DNA of 63,688 nucleotides, filler included, from Globobulimina sp. (GCA_003354225.1; 19 parts of 19 records of this genome joined end to end with filler, not necessarily neighbours in it); one strand, 5' to 3'; counted from the whole stretch's first letter, positions 10,582 to 23,282 are shown. A program made the numbers and translations. Notes: a model not told the origin generated them from the letters alone.

Positions 10582-13339
10582 TTATATTTTTTTACAATAT
10601 CTTTTTTTTACAATAACTCTCGATTGTAAATACTTTTCATCAGTTTCATTCCTTTGAAATGGCAGCTTATAAACGTGAGAAAACCATTTCTTTAAATTAT
10701 TTGATAAATGTGAACAATCCGCACCATTCCATGAAGTTCTTTTACTTTTCTGATGATTTTTCCCCGTTGGATTCCACAGCGGCGATTTGTCCCTATATTG
10801 ACCATAGCGAGGATGCGCTGTTTTGGATTGTAATCGATATCCGTGCAACGCTAAATATTCTGCCATGCAATCTGCGATTCTCGAACCAATTCCTAAGCCT
10901 TGATATGACGGCAAAATCACGGTTCTATGCTCTCGGAAGTGAAACCTATACACATTATCTTTCATGGATTTTGCGAATGGATGTACCGCAAAGGAAATAA
11001 AACCGACACATTTCAAATCCAGATCTCGTTCTTCTTTTTCTTTTTCTTTATGCGATCGATATGAAAATGATGCCCACGCTGTGAAGCATTTGGCATTTGA
11101 CAAAATACTATCCGTCAAATAATGATATTTGCTGAATTTCGGTTTAAAATCGTTTCTTTGCGATGCTTTCAAATAAATTCGAATTTTTGCTTGTTTCCAT
11201 ATATTTGTATCATTCATAAATTCATGTTGCAATTGCTTAGGATCTAATATCCATTCATTATTATTCTTATTCTTATTATTATTTGATGGAAATTCCAATG
11301 GTTTAAAGTGAAAAACCTTTTTATTTTCAATATCAAACAGCCAGTTTCCATTTAATGCTTCAATGATATCACTATGACACGCCAGAAACACAATATTTTT
11401 ATTATTATTCCGATGAATGTATTGTGACACACCAATTGCAACTTTTTTTGCAGTCTCTCGATCTAAAAACGATGTAAATTCATCAATAGTTACATTGTCT
11501 TCTCCTAAATTCCTGGCGATATTCACTCGATGTTTCTCCCCATCCGATAAACAATGATAATATGACAAACTTAATCTTTTCTGCAAGCAAACAGCGTCAA
11601 ACTTTTCTTCCAAACCGGTTATACATTGAAAATGTTGCGCAATATTTACATTTTCAGTCCATTTCACCTGTTTAACTTTGCCAAATAATCTCTCCGCCGT
11701 CGAGGTCTTGCCACAGCCCGAAGCACCATAAATGACACCAATGTTAAAAGCATCGGCAGCACAAATATGTATATGATGCCTCTCTAAGCAGACAATATCA
11801 GTCATAATATCACCATTAAAATCAAAATCAAAGCAACTGTCTGCAACCGACGTATGTGTATCTAAATTAACATTACATCGCAACCGTATTACTTTATTAT
11901 TGTTCAATATTATCGGTTGCCGTATGTTTTGTAATGTATTTAAGTTCATATCTTGCGATAAATTGAATACATTTCCTTTCAATTCAGTCAAAGCGGGCAA
12001 ATCTAACACGACTTTAATATCTGCTGCATACTCATTTACATCATTCATATTATTTGGGTTTTCCATCAACTTCATCTCGTTATTGCCACCCAAAGAGATC
12101 AGCAAATCTGGTTGCAAGTACCTGATAATATCAGTATTAGTGCTGGCCAGTATGAAATGTGCCATGTTTTGCTTATTTTTAGAACGAATAAATTTACAAA
12201 TGGAGGAGCTCATACATGTCGCATTTTGTCTGTCTAACACCGATGAATATTCATCCATTATTATATATTGATTCGCACCGCCAGTTAATGCCAAATTTAA
12301 TAATCGACCAAATGTAGCTCGATACTGCTCGCCTTGAGATAATATAAAATACGGTTTCAACCAATTTGGAACAGAATTCAATCCAATGGACTGCATAATT
12401 TCCATGGCTCTCTCGGTGGATCCGCCGCAATCATCGCCAATCTCACTGATGATGGATTTGTGTCTATCCCACCTTAACTTATTGCCATCACAATAAGTTA
12501 TTAATGCTTTGTTGCTCGTACTGTCATATAATTTATTCAATAATGTACTTTTGCCACTGCCTGATTCCCCAATTATTAATACAATCTGATATTTGGATAA
12601 CACATCAAATGAGAGCTCACGGCTTGGCGCCTCGCAGACATTTTGTTTTGGCTTGGATTCATCCAAAGAAATATTAAATTTTGTTAATATTTCTTTGGTT
12701 ATTTCATTTTCATTAATATTATGATCATATAATGGTATCAATGGCGGTATGTTCATATTTATACTTTCTTTGTTATCGTTGTTATTATTATTTGTTTTTG
12801 ATTCAAAATATCGTGAATTCCATGGCGCAGTGTCAACAATATTGATCTTTGATTTTTTGGATTTGGATCGTTTTTGAGGCTTTTTTTTGTTTGCTTTTTT
12901 TTTGCTATTACGTCCACGCGTTTTTCTTTCTGATTGTTTGTAATTTTTAGGCACAAACTCTTCATCGTCATCATTATCAGAATCGCTTTCGCTTTCTGTT
13001 AAATCTTGTTCCATGTCAAATGTTTTAATATTCGCATTATTGTTATTTTTGTGTGCGTCATATTCCATTATTTGTTGTATTAATAAATTATTGTTATTAT
13101 TTGGCATATTTGCTTGGATATATTTTTGTAATTCTTTTTCAATTTCATTTTTTTTTAATAATGTTTTGCTTAATAACTGTTGCTCATCGCTGCTTATTTC
13201 GATATTGACTTTTTTCAGTATTTGCAGATTTGTATATATTTCATCAATTTTGTCGTTAATAACTCGACAACATTGATTTATATTATTTGCATTAATTTGA
13301 CCGCATTGATTTATTTTATTTGCTTTAGGTATATTATTT
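10582..13339 (-). CDS. Tandem ABC-ATPase domains fused to a C-terminal GNAT acetyltransferase (COG2401-like); frame open to the contig end, so 5' partial
   Basis: ABC1: GESGSGKST / LSQGEQYR / IIMDEYSSVLDR. ABC2: GASGCGKTS / LSDGEKHR / TIDEFTSFLDR / ACHSD. GNAT: KYHYL...REHRTVILPSYQGLGIGS. No transmembrane segments. Confidence 0.85.
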
Positions 13340-13439
13340 NNNNNNNNNNNNNNNNNNNNNNNNNNNNNNNNNNNNNNNNNNNNTTAATTAATTAANNNNN
13401 NNNNNNNNNNNNNNNNNNNNNNNNNNNNNNNNNNNNNNN

Positions 13440-13688
13440 ACAAGTAACAATATTTTTTATTTTTTTTTCAAATGTTTTTATTTTTGTTATTTTTTTAATA
13501 TGTCCATTTCCTCCGTTTCCTTGTTGTCCCGATTCGTTGTTACCGATAGAATATAGCAGCAATAGGATATAATAATGGAATGCGTGAATGATGCTAATAA
13601 TATCTGTATGGATGTATTGAGTGCGACAGTTTCTAACGTATCCACTTACTAATAATTGTGATCGTCTTTTCCTGGCATTGTTCATCAC
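13440..13688 (-). CDS. N-terminus of an RCC1-like repeat protein, 3' partial
   Basis: LYSIGNNESGQQGNG matches the RCC1 repeat start; preceded by an LLVSGYVR...DIISIIHAF leader. Confidence 0.6.
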
Positions 13689-13857
13689 TCAAAACTGCGT
13701 ATTTGAAGATTTTTCACCAGATAATGAGTGCGTTTCAGAATGAACTAAATGAGTTGAATGAGCTCGAGCTAACTGACAATTTTACGCCCAAAGTACGAAG
13801 TAAAAATATATAATTCAACTCTTAAATTGCGCTTAATTTTTCTGACACAAAAAAATG

Positions 13858-16377
13858 TTAATTTAATGATTTCATGAATTGTTTATATTGTTTTAATACA
13901 AATCCCCAAAATACGGCAGAAAAATTTGTAACACTTTTATAACCGGGCAAATAATTACAATCCACAATATATCCATTATTTGTTTGTGAATCAAATAATA
14001 AATCGTAACCATAGCAATTTAATCCAAACACCGCACTTAAAATGAGCGATAATTGCGTATATACATTGGGCACTTGTTTCCCACTTTGATCTTTTAATGG
14101 TTTCTTTGAGAATTTGCCTCCATCGATGGTAATAAACGTATCACGAATGCCGGCATTATTTGGCGTTGAATCATTAACAGTGACAAACACATCGCTGCCA
14201 ATAACATATACTTTGTGACATCCGTTATGATTTATATATTCCTGTAATATCCAATCTGTATTTTTAAATTCAAAACAAGAGATTGCATCATATATCATTG
14301 CCGCATCAGGTATAATATACATAGTATGGGCGCAAGCTTTAACATCTTTCATTCCATTGACAACCGGCGATGCCGCTAAACGCGGTTTGGCAATGATTGG
14401 GAAGCTCAATTTTGAGGATATCCAATCGAATTTATTTTTTAATAAATTAATGTTCTCATTTTCAACTAATATAAATTTAGGCGCAGTAAATATAACATTA
14501 TTAATCTCAATGTTGGCATTTATAATTCTGTCGTACATATCCATTCTGTCACAAGTTCTTTTTGCATTTTCTGGATCATCTGTAACAAACATAACATTCT
14601 CATTTGTGTTATTATCTGTTTTCAATTCTATATTTTGCAAATCTTTGCCGTCATATCCTTTCAATGTATGATTGATATTTGTTTTGCATTGGTTTTGATA
14701 TAGCTCTTAATTTAAAGAAGCTTAAGTCACAAACTCAACAGTTTGTATATATTATAATATTAATTAATTATAATTTGATTGATAGAGAATATGATTATAA
14801 ACGAATGATATTTAATACCGAACGGGGGGGAAACATTATATTTTTAATTACTATAATAAACCTAATTACATATACAAACAAATAACAAAAACCAAATAAC
14901 ATACTTGAAACAAATACTAATATACAAAATAATAATAAATCCCTTTGGTGAGGGTGGGAGGGTAACAAAAAAGGGATTTAAAGACAAAAAATAAGACTAA
15001 AGTAAAACTGAAGTAAGACAAAAACAATTTAAATAAATAATAAATATATTCACCAATCAAAACCCGTGTTCAACGGATAGAACAATGTGTTTATAAACTC
15101 CAGACAAGAATGTAATTGTTGTCTGGCCTGCAAATCATATTTTGCTGCAACATACCAACTCGTCATTTTGTGGATGAATATATAAAATGGTCCTTGTTCA
15201 GGTAATGACGTATTGAAATCTATTGGTTTGCATATTATGTCTCGACGATGTTTCATATGAAAAACATTTCGCTTTACAAGTTTCTCGATTTTCTGCGGCA
15301 AAATAAACAAACCAACGAGCAATGGTCGACAATAAATATATGGCAAACGCGCTATTTTGAGTAATACCGCAGGGATTTGATTGTAATCTGTCACGATGGC
15401 TTCAGATTTGGTATAGCCAATCTCTTCGGAAACACATTGAATTGCAATATTTTTACCAGTGTAATTGACAAATGATTGGAAATCTGATTTTAATTTTTCA
15501 TCTGCCTTCTCCTGCGAAGGTAAGTCCTTTTCACGCAAAGCTTTGCGATACGTAAATCGCGCCAAAATGCTGCGAATGTTACAATAATGCGCCAACAACG
15601 TATCTCGCCGCGAATTGTCGCCAATGAACACAATTTGTGCTGGATGTAAGTCGTTCCATTTCGCAAATATTGGTTTTATAATTCGATAATCAGGCTTTCT
15701 GAACCCAACCTCTCCCGAAATTTGAATGATATCAAAATAGCGTGCAATGCCAAACGCGACTAACATTTGTTTGGTTCTCTGTGCATCAAAATAATTTGAA
15801 CAGATTGCACAGCGAATGCTGTTATCTTTGCACCATTGCAAGAAATGCGACACTCCGTCGATCATTTGTGCGTTTTCAAGGCATGGCTGGCGATATGATG
15901 CGCATAAATCATTTTCGATTGGTGCTGTTATCGAATTAGAGTCAATACCTATATTAATTAATGCGTCTCGCACTATTTCATTGAGCTATTTTATGATTTA
16001 TATAATCAATGCAACATAGACACGTATCGAATGGCGGAGAAAAGAAAAGAAATACCGTGTATTCGAAAAGAAATCCTTCATCCAAACATGTGCAGGTTCC
16101 CAGAAATAGCTTTCTTTGAACAAAAACAGACTTTAATTGTTTGAATTCAATCATAAATTGTGTGGTTTGGTCATGCGTTAAATTGAATGTTGTTTGTATT
16201 GATTGAGATAATGCTGTTTCCATTAATGTTTTCACAAATTTTTTGGTTGAATGAGACAGAACACTGCCAAAATCAAAGACCAATCCTTTGATTTTCAGTT
16301 CATTCACTTCGTTTGGGTGATAATCGCATATCAGATCTATTAATGATTGTATTTCACTTGAAACTAAAGTTGCCATT
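13858..16377 (-). CDS. ITPK1: HAD-superfamily hydrolase fused to an inositol tris/tetrakisphosphate kinase (ATP-grasp); introns 15986-16055 and ~14706-15063
   Basis: HAD: VFDFGSVL, ICSN, SGEVGFRKPD, FIGDNSRRD. Kinase: IDFNTSLPEQGPFYIFIHKMT, FPIIAKP, LQEYINHNG..KVYVIG, GYDLL, IVDCNYLPGY. Confidence 0.85.
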
Positions 16378-16811
16378 GTTCGGTGCTTGGCTACCCACAC
16401 TGAAAAAGTTGATCTAGCCCAAAATGGCGTGGCTCCCTAATGCGCACAACTATTTATGATGTAATGTTCATGGACTTGCTCTCTCACAATTGAAACAACA
16501 ACAAATGCTTTTAAATTTTACAAATTATTATTCGCGTCTCATTATATCCTGGGTACATTGCAAGTATTTCTTCATCTTTATCAAAATAATTTGAATTAAA
16601 TAATCATGGTTTCTTAATATTGTTTGGTATCCTTGCATCATGAACACATAAACATTGATTATAATTATTATATCCCCATAAATAATATTTATTAGCCANN
16701 NNNNNNNNNNNNNNNNNNNNNNNNNNNNNNNNNNNNNNNNNNTTAATTAATTAANNNNNNNNNNNNNNNNNNNNNNNNNNNNNNNNNNNNNNNNNNNNAT
16801 CTTTTTAGTTA

Positions 16812-17951
16812 ATGAACAATTACAACTTGTTATTGGTGACAGGTTTCATTCATGAGTGTGAATCAAAGCTCGTTAACAATCTAATCAATATTATCCCAGT
16901 CGAATTGATTGCAATATGTTATCATTATTATTTTATTGTAGTCTGCAAATATGTTGTTGGAAAAACATATTTCTCTTCTACGGATATAAAGACATTTCAT
17001 TCTCTTGATATTCAAAATAAGCAAGTGGTTAAGAACAACATTGTAACAATTCGTCCAAATCAACATGATTCAAATCTGGATACATTCCGCAAAATTTGCA
17101 AACCATATTGTTTCATCCCACACATTTCATGGTCGTTACCTGCAAACTTGTTCCCTCACAGCGGGCATTATGATGGCATTATGGGTTCATATAAAGATGC
17201 TTATAATTTTGATTATAGACCGTGTTTAATATTGTTTTCAAAAACGGAAAAAGAACTTGTATATGTCACATATTTATCAAACAAACCATTTCCAAGCTGT
17301 ACCACATCACAACAATATACGTTTTGTGGACCAAAACATGGAATAATATCAAAAGAAACCAACCATAAAATGTATCAGTTGAAATTGCAAGATATATTAT
17401 GCAAAGATTATCAATTTAAACCATTGAGTGAATCTGATGAACTTTCGTCACGTGATATTCATTATGTTATTAACGGAGAAATGACCTATTTAGCAACAAA
17501 TGAATCGTTATTTTCAATCACGAACAAAGTGACTCGCACACTTAGAAGAAAAAAGATTGTTCAATGTGGCTTATTTGATTTGAATACAAAGGAATGGACA
17601 GATATTAAGAGCTCATGTTTTCCATGGACGGGTGAATCGAATTTGCCTCTTTGTAGTGATTATAATGATACCAATATTTATGTTATTACATATTCCGGAC
17701 TCACAGGGAAATATAATTTATATAAAAATAAATGGTTTATATTAAACCAGAATGGTGTTATTTTAAGTAAAGATTATTCAGCACACATTTGGTTTGATGC
17801 TTGTGATGTCAATCTGTTATATTCTGCATTTAGTGCCAACCGGGGAACGCATTGCAGAGTTTTGGATCTAAGATCAAATGAAATATCCAAATGGAGGGTC
17901 ATTAACTGTCCTCTTCCATATTCTGAATTTTCTTCTCAATATATTTCGTAG
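16812..17951 (+). CDS. Divergent Kelch/beta-propeller protein with an N-terminal LLVxG(F/Y)..IP leader
   Basis: GLFDLNTKEW, KYNLYKNKW and VLDLRSNEISKW resemble propeller-blade ends. Confidence 0.6.
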   Translation: MNNYNLLLVTGFIHECESKLVNNLINIIPVELIAICYHYYFIVVCKYVVGKTYFSSTDIKTFHSLDIQNKQVVKNNIVTIRPNQHDSNLDTFRKICKPYCFIPHISWSLPANLFPHSGHYDGIMGSYKDAYNFDYRPCLILFSKTEKELVYVTYLSNKPFPSCTTSQQYTFCGPKHGIISKETNHKMYQLKLQDILCKDYQFKPLSESDELSSRDIHYVINGEMTYLATNESLFSITNKVTRTLRRKKIVQCGLFDLNTKEWTDIKSSCFPWTGESNLPLCSDYNDTNIYVITYSGLTGKYNLYKNKWFILNQNGVILSKDYSAHIWFDACDVNLLYSAFSANRGTHCRVLDLRSNEISKWRVINCPLPYSEFSSQYIS

Positions 17952-18053
17952 TAAAAGTATTTCGTAGCAATAAAGTTTTTTCACTTTTCACTCAACACCG
18001 TAAAACAGAAAACAACACATTATTTTAAAAAGCACAAATAAAAATTGAAAACA

Positions 18054-18721
18054 TTAATTTAATTTCCCTTTTCCTTTACAGTCCGCACATTTTTTTACAA
18101 TTGGTTCGTCCACCTTTTTCTGGCCATTACAAAAATTGCATATTTGTTTCGCCTCAGTTTCCCCCGTTCCTTGACAGTTTCTGCACGGAGGACCTCCCAA
18201 ACCGCTACACTTTTTGCATGGTTTTGGTTTTTTTTTCCCGTCTGTTCCGCCGCCACCACATTTTTTGCAATGTTCCATTCCCGATCCATTACATTTACTA
18301 CATTTCCCATACAATGCACCTTAAATGTGTATATAATGCAAAATTATTTTAAAGGTACAAATTAGTTTTCCAAATAACTGAGTATTAAGTTGTTTTAAGA
18401 ACGATTTTTTTGTATAATACAACTAGAAAGTCGCAGTAATGTGTACATGTTATTAAATCGCATGAGCTGATTTGCCGGATTTATTAGCCAGTTAATTTAG
18501 GAGGTTTTGTGGTGCTATGAAGATAACAATATACCTTTGGCAGAACCATTGCATTTGGAACATTTTGCTCGCCCACAACCAGCACACGTTTCACATCTGA
18601 CAGCAACCAGCAATTTTCCTTTCCCATTGCAATTGCCACATTTTACTTTTTTATAATCTGTTATCACTTTTCCTTGCCCTTGACACGCTGGACAGGGAAG
18701 ACTGGAATCACCACAACCCAT
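18054..18721 (-). CDS. Small protein built of 10 DnaJ-type CxxCxGxG zinc-binding motifs; intron 18320-18534
   Basis: Spliced product has CPAC, CGNC, CETC, CSKC, CSKC, CKKC, CKKC, CRNC, CNFC and CADC. Starts MGCGDS. Confidence 0.85.
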
Positions 18722-18796
18722 ATGTCGCTATATGTTTTTTGGTGAGCGCGAAGAATACTAAAATGTTTTTTTTTTTAATTTTTCACTGTTTCATCC

Positions 18797-19618
18797 ATGG
18801 GTAATTCACAGCATTCTGAAAAGCGTATCGATGCCAAAACTGTTATATTGATTGAGCGGTTGATAAATTGCAACCATACTGAAATAATAAAATTCCAGAA
18901 ATGTTTATCAGAGAGAGGATGGTGTTTGATTCAGTACCCAAAAGATATCGAAAATTTAATCTTTCAAATAGTTCCAAACATAGAAAAACATATGACATCC
19001 AATCAAGATATATTTGAATCATATGGTTATTCATTGCTGTCAAATTATAAACAGACATTGAGGATATTGACAGGTGATATGTTTAAAATGGAATGTAACA
19101 AATATCCATTGAACGTAAGAAGTGATCTTAAACGCATTTGTAATGTGATGGATATATTAGTTGGTAGAATTTTAGATGTATTCATGAATTATTGTTTCAA
19201 ACAAAATATAAATACTGACCATAATGTCACCATATTGAATGGCTATGAGCATAATTACAATTTAAAAACGAGTATTATTGATTTTGTCAATTATTATAAT
19301 GATAAAAACATGAAATCTAAATGTAATAACACCAACATTGGCGATCATACAGATCCAGGATTGTTTAACTTGTCATTTATGTCAACTAATGATGGATTAC
19401 AAATGTTTAACACCACAACTAAAAAATGGATATCTGTATATACGTCGGACAATAAATACAGTATTTTATGGTGTGGTAAAACAGCCTCCCAACTGACAAA
19501 TGGTTGTGTAAAGCCAGCAAAACATCGTGTAATGTTTGCTGGAAATGTAAAGCCACGATTTACTGGTTGGTATGAAGTGTGTGTAGACTCTCAAATTGAT
19601 TATAGTGTGAAGCCTTAA
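18797..19618 (+). CDS. 2-oxoglutarate/Fe(II) dioxygenase (IPNS-like)
   Basis: HTD...GLQM...KHRV...PRF gives the HxD...H...R ligand set. N-terminus MGNSQHS. Confidence 0.85.
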   Translation: MGNSQHSEKRIDAKTVILIERLINCNHTEIIKFQKCLSERGWCLIQYPKDIENLIFQIVPNIEKHMTSNQDIFESYGYSLLSNYKQTLRILTGDMFKMECNKYPLNVRSDLKRICNVMDILVGRILDVFMNYCFKQNINTDHNVTILNGYEHNYNLKTSIIDFVNYYNDKNMKSKCNNTNIGDHTDPGLFNLSFMSTNDGLQMFNTTTKKWISVYTSDNKYSILWCGKTASQLTNGCVKPAKHRVMFAGNVKPRFTGWYEVCVDSQIDYSVKP

Positions 19619-19650
19619 TTGTTTATTTTTTGTGCAAGGATTGAGAATAA

Positions 19651-20057
19651 CTATTTATTACACTTTTTTTTATGTTTTTTCTTTTGTTTTGTGGATGTAA
19701 ATGTTTTGTTACATTTTGAACATTTATATTGTTTCTCTCCTGAATGTATTCTTTTATCACTATTAATCGACTTTCTTGTCTTGACTGCTGTGCCACAAAT
19801 ATCACATTTAAATGGCCTCTCACCTGTATGGACTCGGTAATGCTCTGTACAATGAGCTTTATGATAAAATTGTTTGTGACAAATATCACATTCAAATCGT
19901 TTCTCTTTATTATGAACAACACGAATATGTTTATTTAAATTGTTCCTTTGTTTAAATGCTGATTCACAGTGATTACATTTAAATTGTTTATTATCACTAT
20001 GTGTATATTTAATATGTTTATTTAAACTAAACTTTTGTTTAAATCCTTTATTGTATA
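19651..20057 (-). CDS. Tandem C2H2 zinc-finger protein, 5' partial (not in the supplied ORF track)
   Basis: Own translation: FKCNHCESAFKQRNNLNKHIRVVH, FECDICHKQFYHKAHCTEHYRVHTGERPFKCDIC, HSGEKQYKCSKC. Confidence 0.9.
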
Positions 20058-20276
20058 NNNNNNNNNNNNNNNNNNNNNNNNNNNNNNNNNNNNNNNNNNN
20101 NTTAATTAATTAANNNNNNNNNNNNNNNNNNNNNNNNNNNNNNNNNNNNNNNNNNNNATTTTGTTTAAATTGTGAAACTATTTATGTTAAATACCCCGAA
20201 AGTAAAAAAAATAAAAAAGAAAAAATATGCATGCACAATTCGGATATCAATGATGTGGCAGACCAGCAGTGTTGAA

Positions 20277-21678
20277 TTATTTAGCAAGAGGATAACTTGA
20301 ATCCATCAAAATACCGCATTCACCGTTACCTCCGTTTTTATTACAATTTCTACAAATTCGAATATAACCACTTTCTCCCCAGGTAGCTCCCCACGAATTC
20401 TTCACTTTCCAATAATCCATATCTTGCTTTGCATCATGACCATAACCAACAAGTAATACACCATGATCTAAATTATCACCACATTTGCCATGAAAGACCC
20501 CGCCATTGTAAAATTGAAATGAAAATTGATCTGCTTCGATTGCAATAGACACTGGTTGTTGTGATACTGCATTTTGTAATGCTTGTTCATTATTTGTGGC
20601 AACATCAACATATGATTTGATGGGATCATAATATTTCCCACATGATGATGCTTTACATACTCCATCTTTTGACACATATGGATAAGCAGATTCAGCACAT
20701 AAACCTCCCGTATCTGTAACATATTTGAATGCCTACACAAATGCCAAAAAAAATATTTTTAGTATGCGGACTGCGGAGATAATATATTACAAATTTGTTA
20801 CTTAACATCATCCATTTCACCACCTTGACATCCTTCATTGCCATAAGATTTACTGCAATCTGTGAAGTGGGAGAATTAAGCATATTTTATTCAAACATTC
20901 TCCGAAAATACGGTTGGAAGAAATTTATCGATGCAAAATTAACATGCATGGAATATAAATTATAAATATATAGCATACCAATTAATTGTTGCTCTGATAA
21001 GATGGGTATTGGTTTTGGAGGAGGTTCGCCATTATTATAATATTTCTGTATGACATATCCAGCCTCAATAGCACCAACAGCAGAAAAACTCCAACAACTA
21101 CCACATCCTCCTTGATTTTTAACTGGTGTGACCCAATTTGTTCCATTAACATTTGTCCAATCCCATTCGTTTGGTATAGCAGTAATATTTTGTATTGTAT
21201 TGTGCACCGAATGTTTATTCCCGATTGAACCTGAATTAAATCTTTTTAAGCACGAACCTGAAGCGGATCCATGGATATATTTTCTGAATTCATCACTGGA
21301 CATATCCGAGAATTGATTCATTTTTAAAGTATGGGATGTTGTTTGCATGTTATGTTTATTTATTGTATACCAATTATCCAACCATGTGAGAAATCGACCT
21401 GCTTCTTCTTCGAAACTATATGCTTTATCAAATGCTCTTTTCCATCCTTCAAATGCTCTGAAAAAAAAAGCAAGTTATTTTATGTGAACAAATGATAATT
21501 TTATAGTACACAATAGACAGTTATAGACAGGTAACTCTTTGTGATTAACAGCTTCAAAATCTTCAATAACTATTTCTTGCCAGGTTTCTTCCCATGGAAG
21601 AGGTTTGAAAATTGTCAGTGCTGAATATTCTGATACTAAAAATGTGAATATAAATAAGAGTTGCGCCATGTCGGGCAT
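20277..21678 (-). CDS. Cathepsin L-like papain-family (C1A) cysteine protease with signal peptide and I29 propeptide; several introns
   Basis: NQFSDMS, VKNQGGCGSCWSFS, LSEQQL, LDHGVLLVGYG, YWKVKNSWGATWGESGY. Confidence 0.95.
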
Positions 21679-21781
21679 GCAAGATTGTGCTAATTAACTT
21701 TAACGTTTTTTCTTCACTATTTAATATTAATTTAATTTTTTGTATATTATCATTCAGTTTTGGTTTTGAGAAATTATCATA

Positions 21782-23282
21782 ATGATTTTACATAGCCACC
21801 TTTCAACACGAAGACGACCTTTTCATAGACCAACTTCTTCAAAAAAGCGACAAAATTTAAAATCTACACTGATGAACAAAATCAAAAAGAGATTTGCTCA
21901 CATATCCATATCATTATATACACAGACAAGGCTATTAATATACATTGCAATATCTATCATTCTATGCCTGTTTATCTTGCTTGGAAATCATTTCTCATCC
22001 TCAATGCGCATGGACGAGCCAGCAATAAAAGAAATAACAATCCCCGACCATCATAATCAGTGGGTATCCTTTGGCGGTTACGTCGGTTTGCCGTTTTATT
22101 ACAGTTAAAATATACGTACCATTGACACACTATTTATACCGACACACATCCACAGCGAAAAAGGGCAGTTTGGACAGCAATATCGAGGCAAATAAACTAG
22201 AAATACGCAAGCTAATAACAGTGACAACATTTTGCGATGTCCACCTCTTATACGAGGCAGAGCAAATAGCCAGAAACTACAAATCCGGTCCTTTATCCAT
22301 ATCAGTATATATTGATGAAAATTTTGATTCTCATAATAACAATAAAATGGAAATTGAATTATTTGAGTCGACATTTCGAAATATTGAGAGTAAATATGAC
22401 ATAATCATCGGATTATTATATATAAATAAATCGCATCAATTCTACCAAAGCAAAGGTTTTGTAGAGTCCACACCGTTGGTTTTTCGTTTACCAATGAATC
22501 CATTAAGGAACTTGGCTGAATATCAAGTATCAACGGAGTGGACATTTAATATTGATGTTGATTTTTGGTATTTGTCGACCACATTGAATGAGAATGTCAA
22601 TCTATTCATAAATGAAATGACTGATATTGTTAACGTATCTGGCGAGAAATCAATATTTATTATCCCTTCCTTTGAGGTAAACAAAAACAAACCAAAAATA
22701 TATTCATCGCTAAACAAAACACAATTATTGCAACTGATAAACGAGGAGAAGGAGATGATACCGTTTCATTTCCCAAATATGAATCCGCAGCAATGCACTG
22801 ATTATGTTGCCTGGTATGGCATAAATAAGAATTATGCCATCAACTATAAACATGCAAATTGCTCATTGTATTATGAGCCGTGGTATATTATGAACACAAA
22901 TCTAAGCAGGAATGTCAAGTATGAATGGGATAATAAGTTCATTGGCCGCGGATATAGTAAAACCTCGCGAGTGAATACGTTGCGACATTATTGTTTTAAT
23001 TTTGTTGTTATGAAAGATTTGTTTATTATACACGCTGCGCACGAAGTGCATGTTAAATTGAATCAAACATTGAGGAATAAATGGACCGGAAAAAATAGGC
23101 AATTGTTGGTCAACCAAATGAGACTGCGATTTAAAAATAAAAGTTCCTGTCTGACAAAACCATTTCACGTTAAAGTTATGCATTTTTTGAGACATATATT
23201 TTTTGGGTTTGCACAACTTGGATATGACGAAATAAAAGACGCATACAATAATTACCATTGTAACGGACAATGTAAATGTTGA
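21782..23282 (+). CDS. Type II membrane glycosyltransferase, GT49 (B4GAT1/LARGE-like); one intron near 22070-22155
   Basis: N-terminal TM; GPLSISVY, PMNPLRNLA, NIDVDF (DxD), IIPSFE, YEPWYI, FIGRGYSK. Confidence 0.8.

Noticed and set aside
19623-19922. Supplied 99-aa minus-strand ORF
   Set aside because: It is the wrong frame; the real product is the C2H2 zinc-finger frame ending at 19651.
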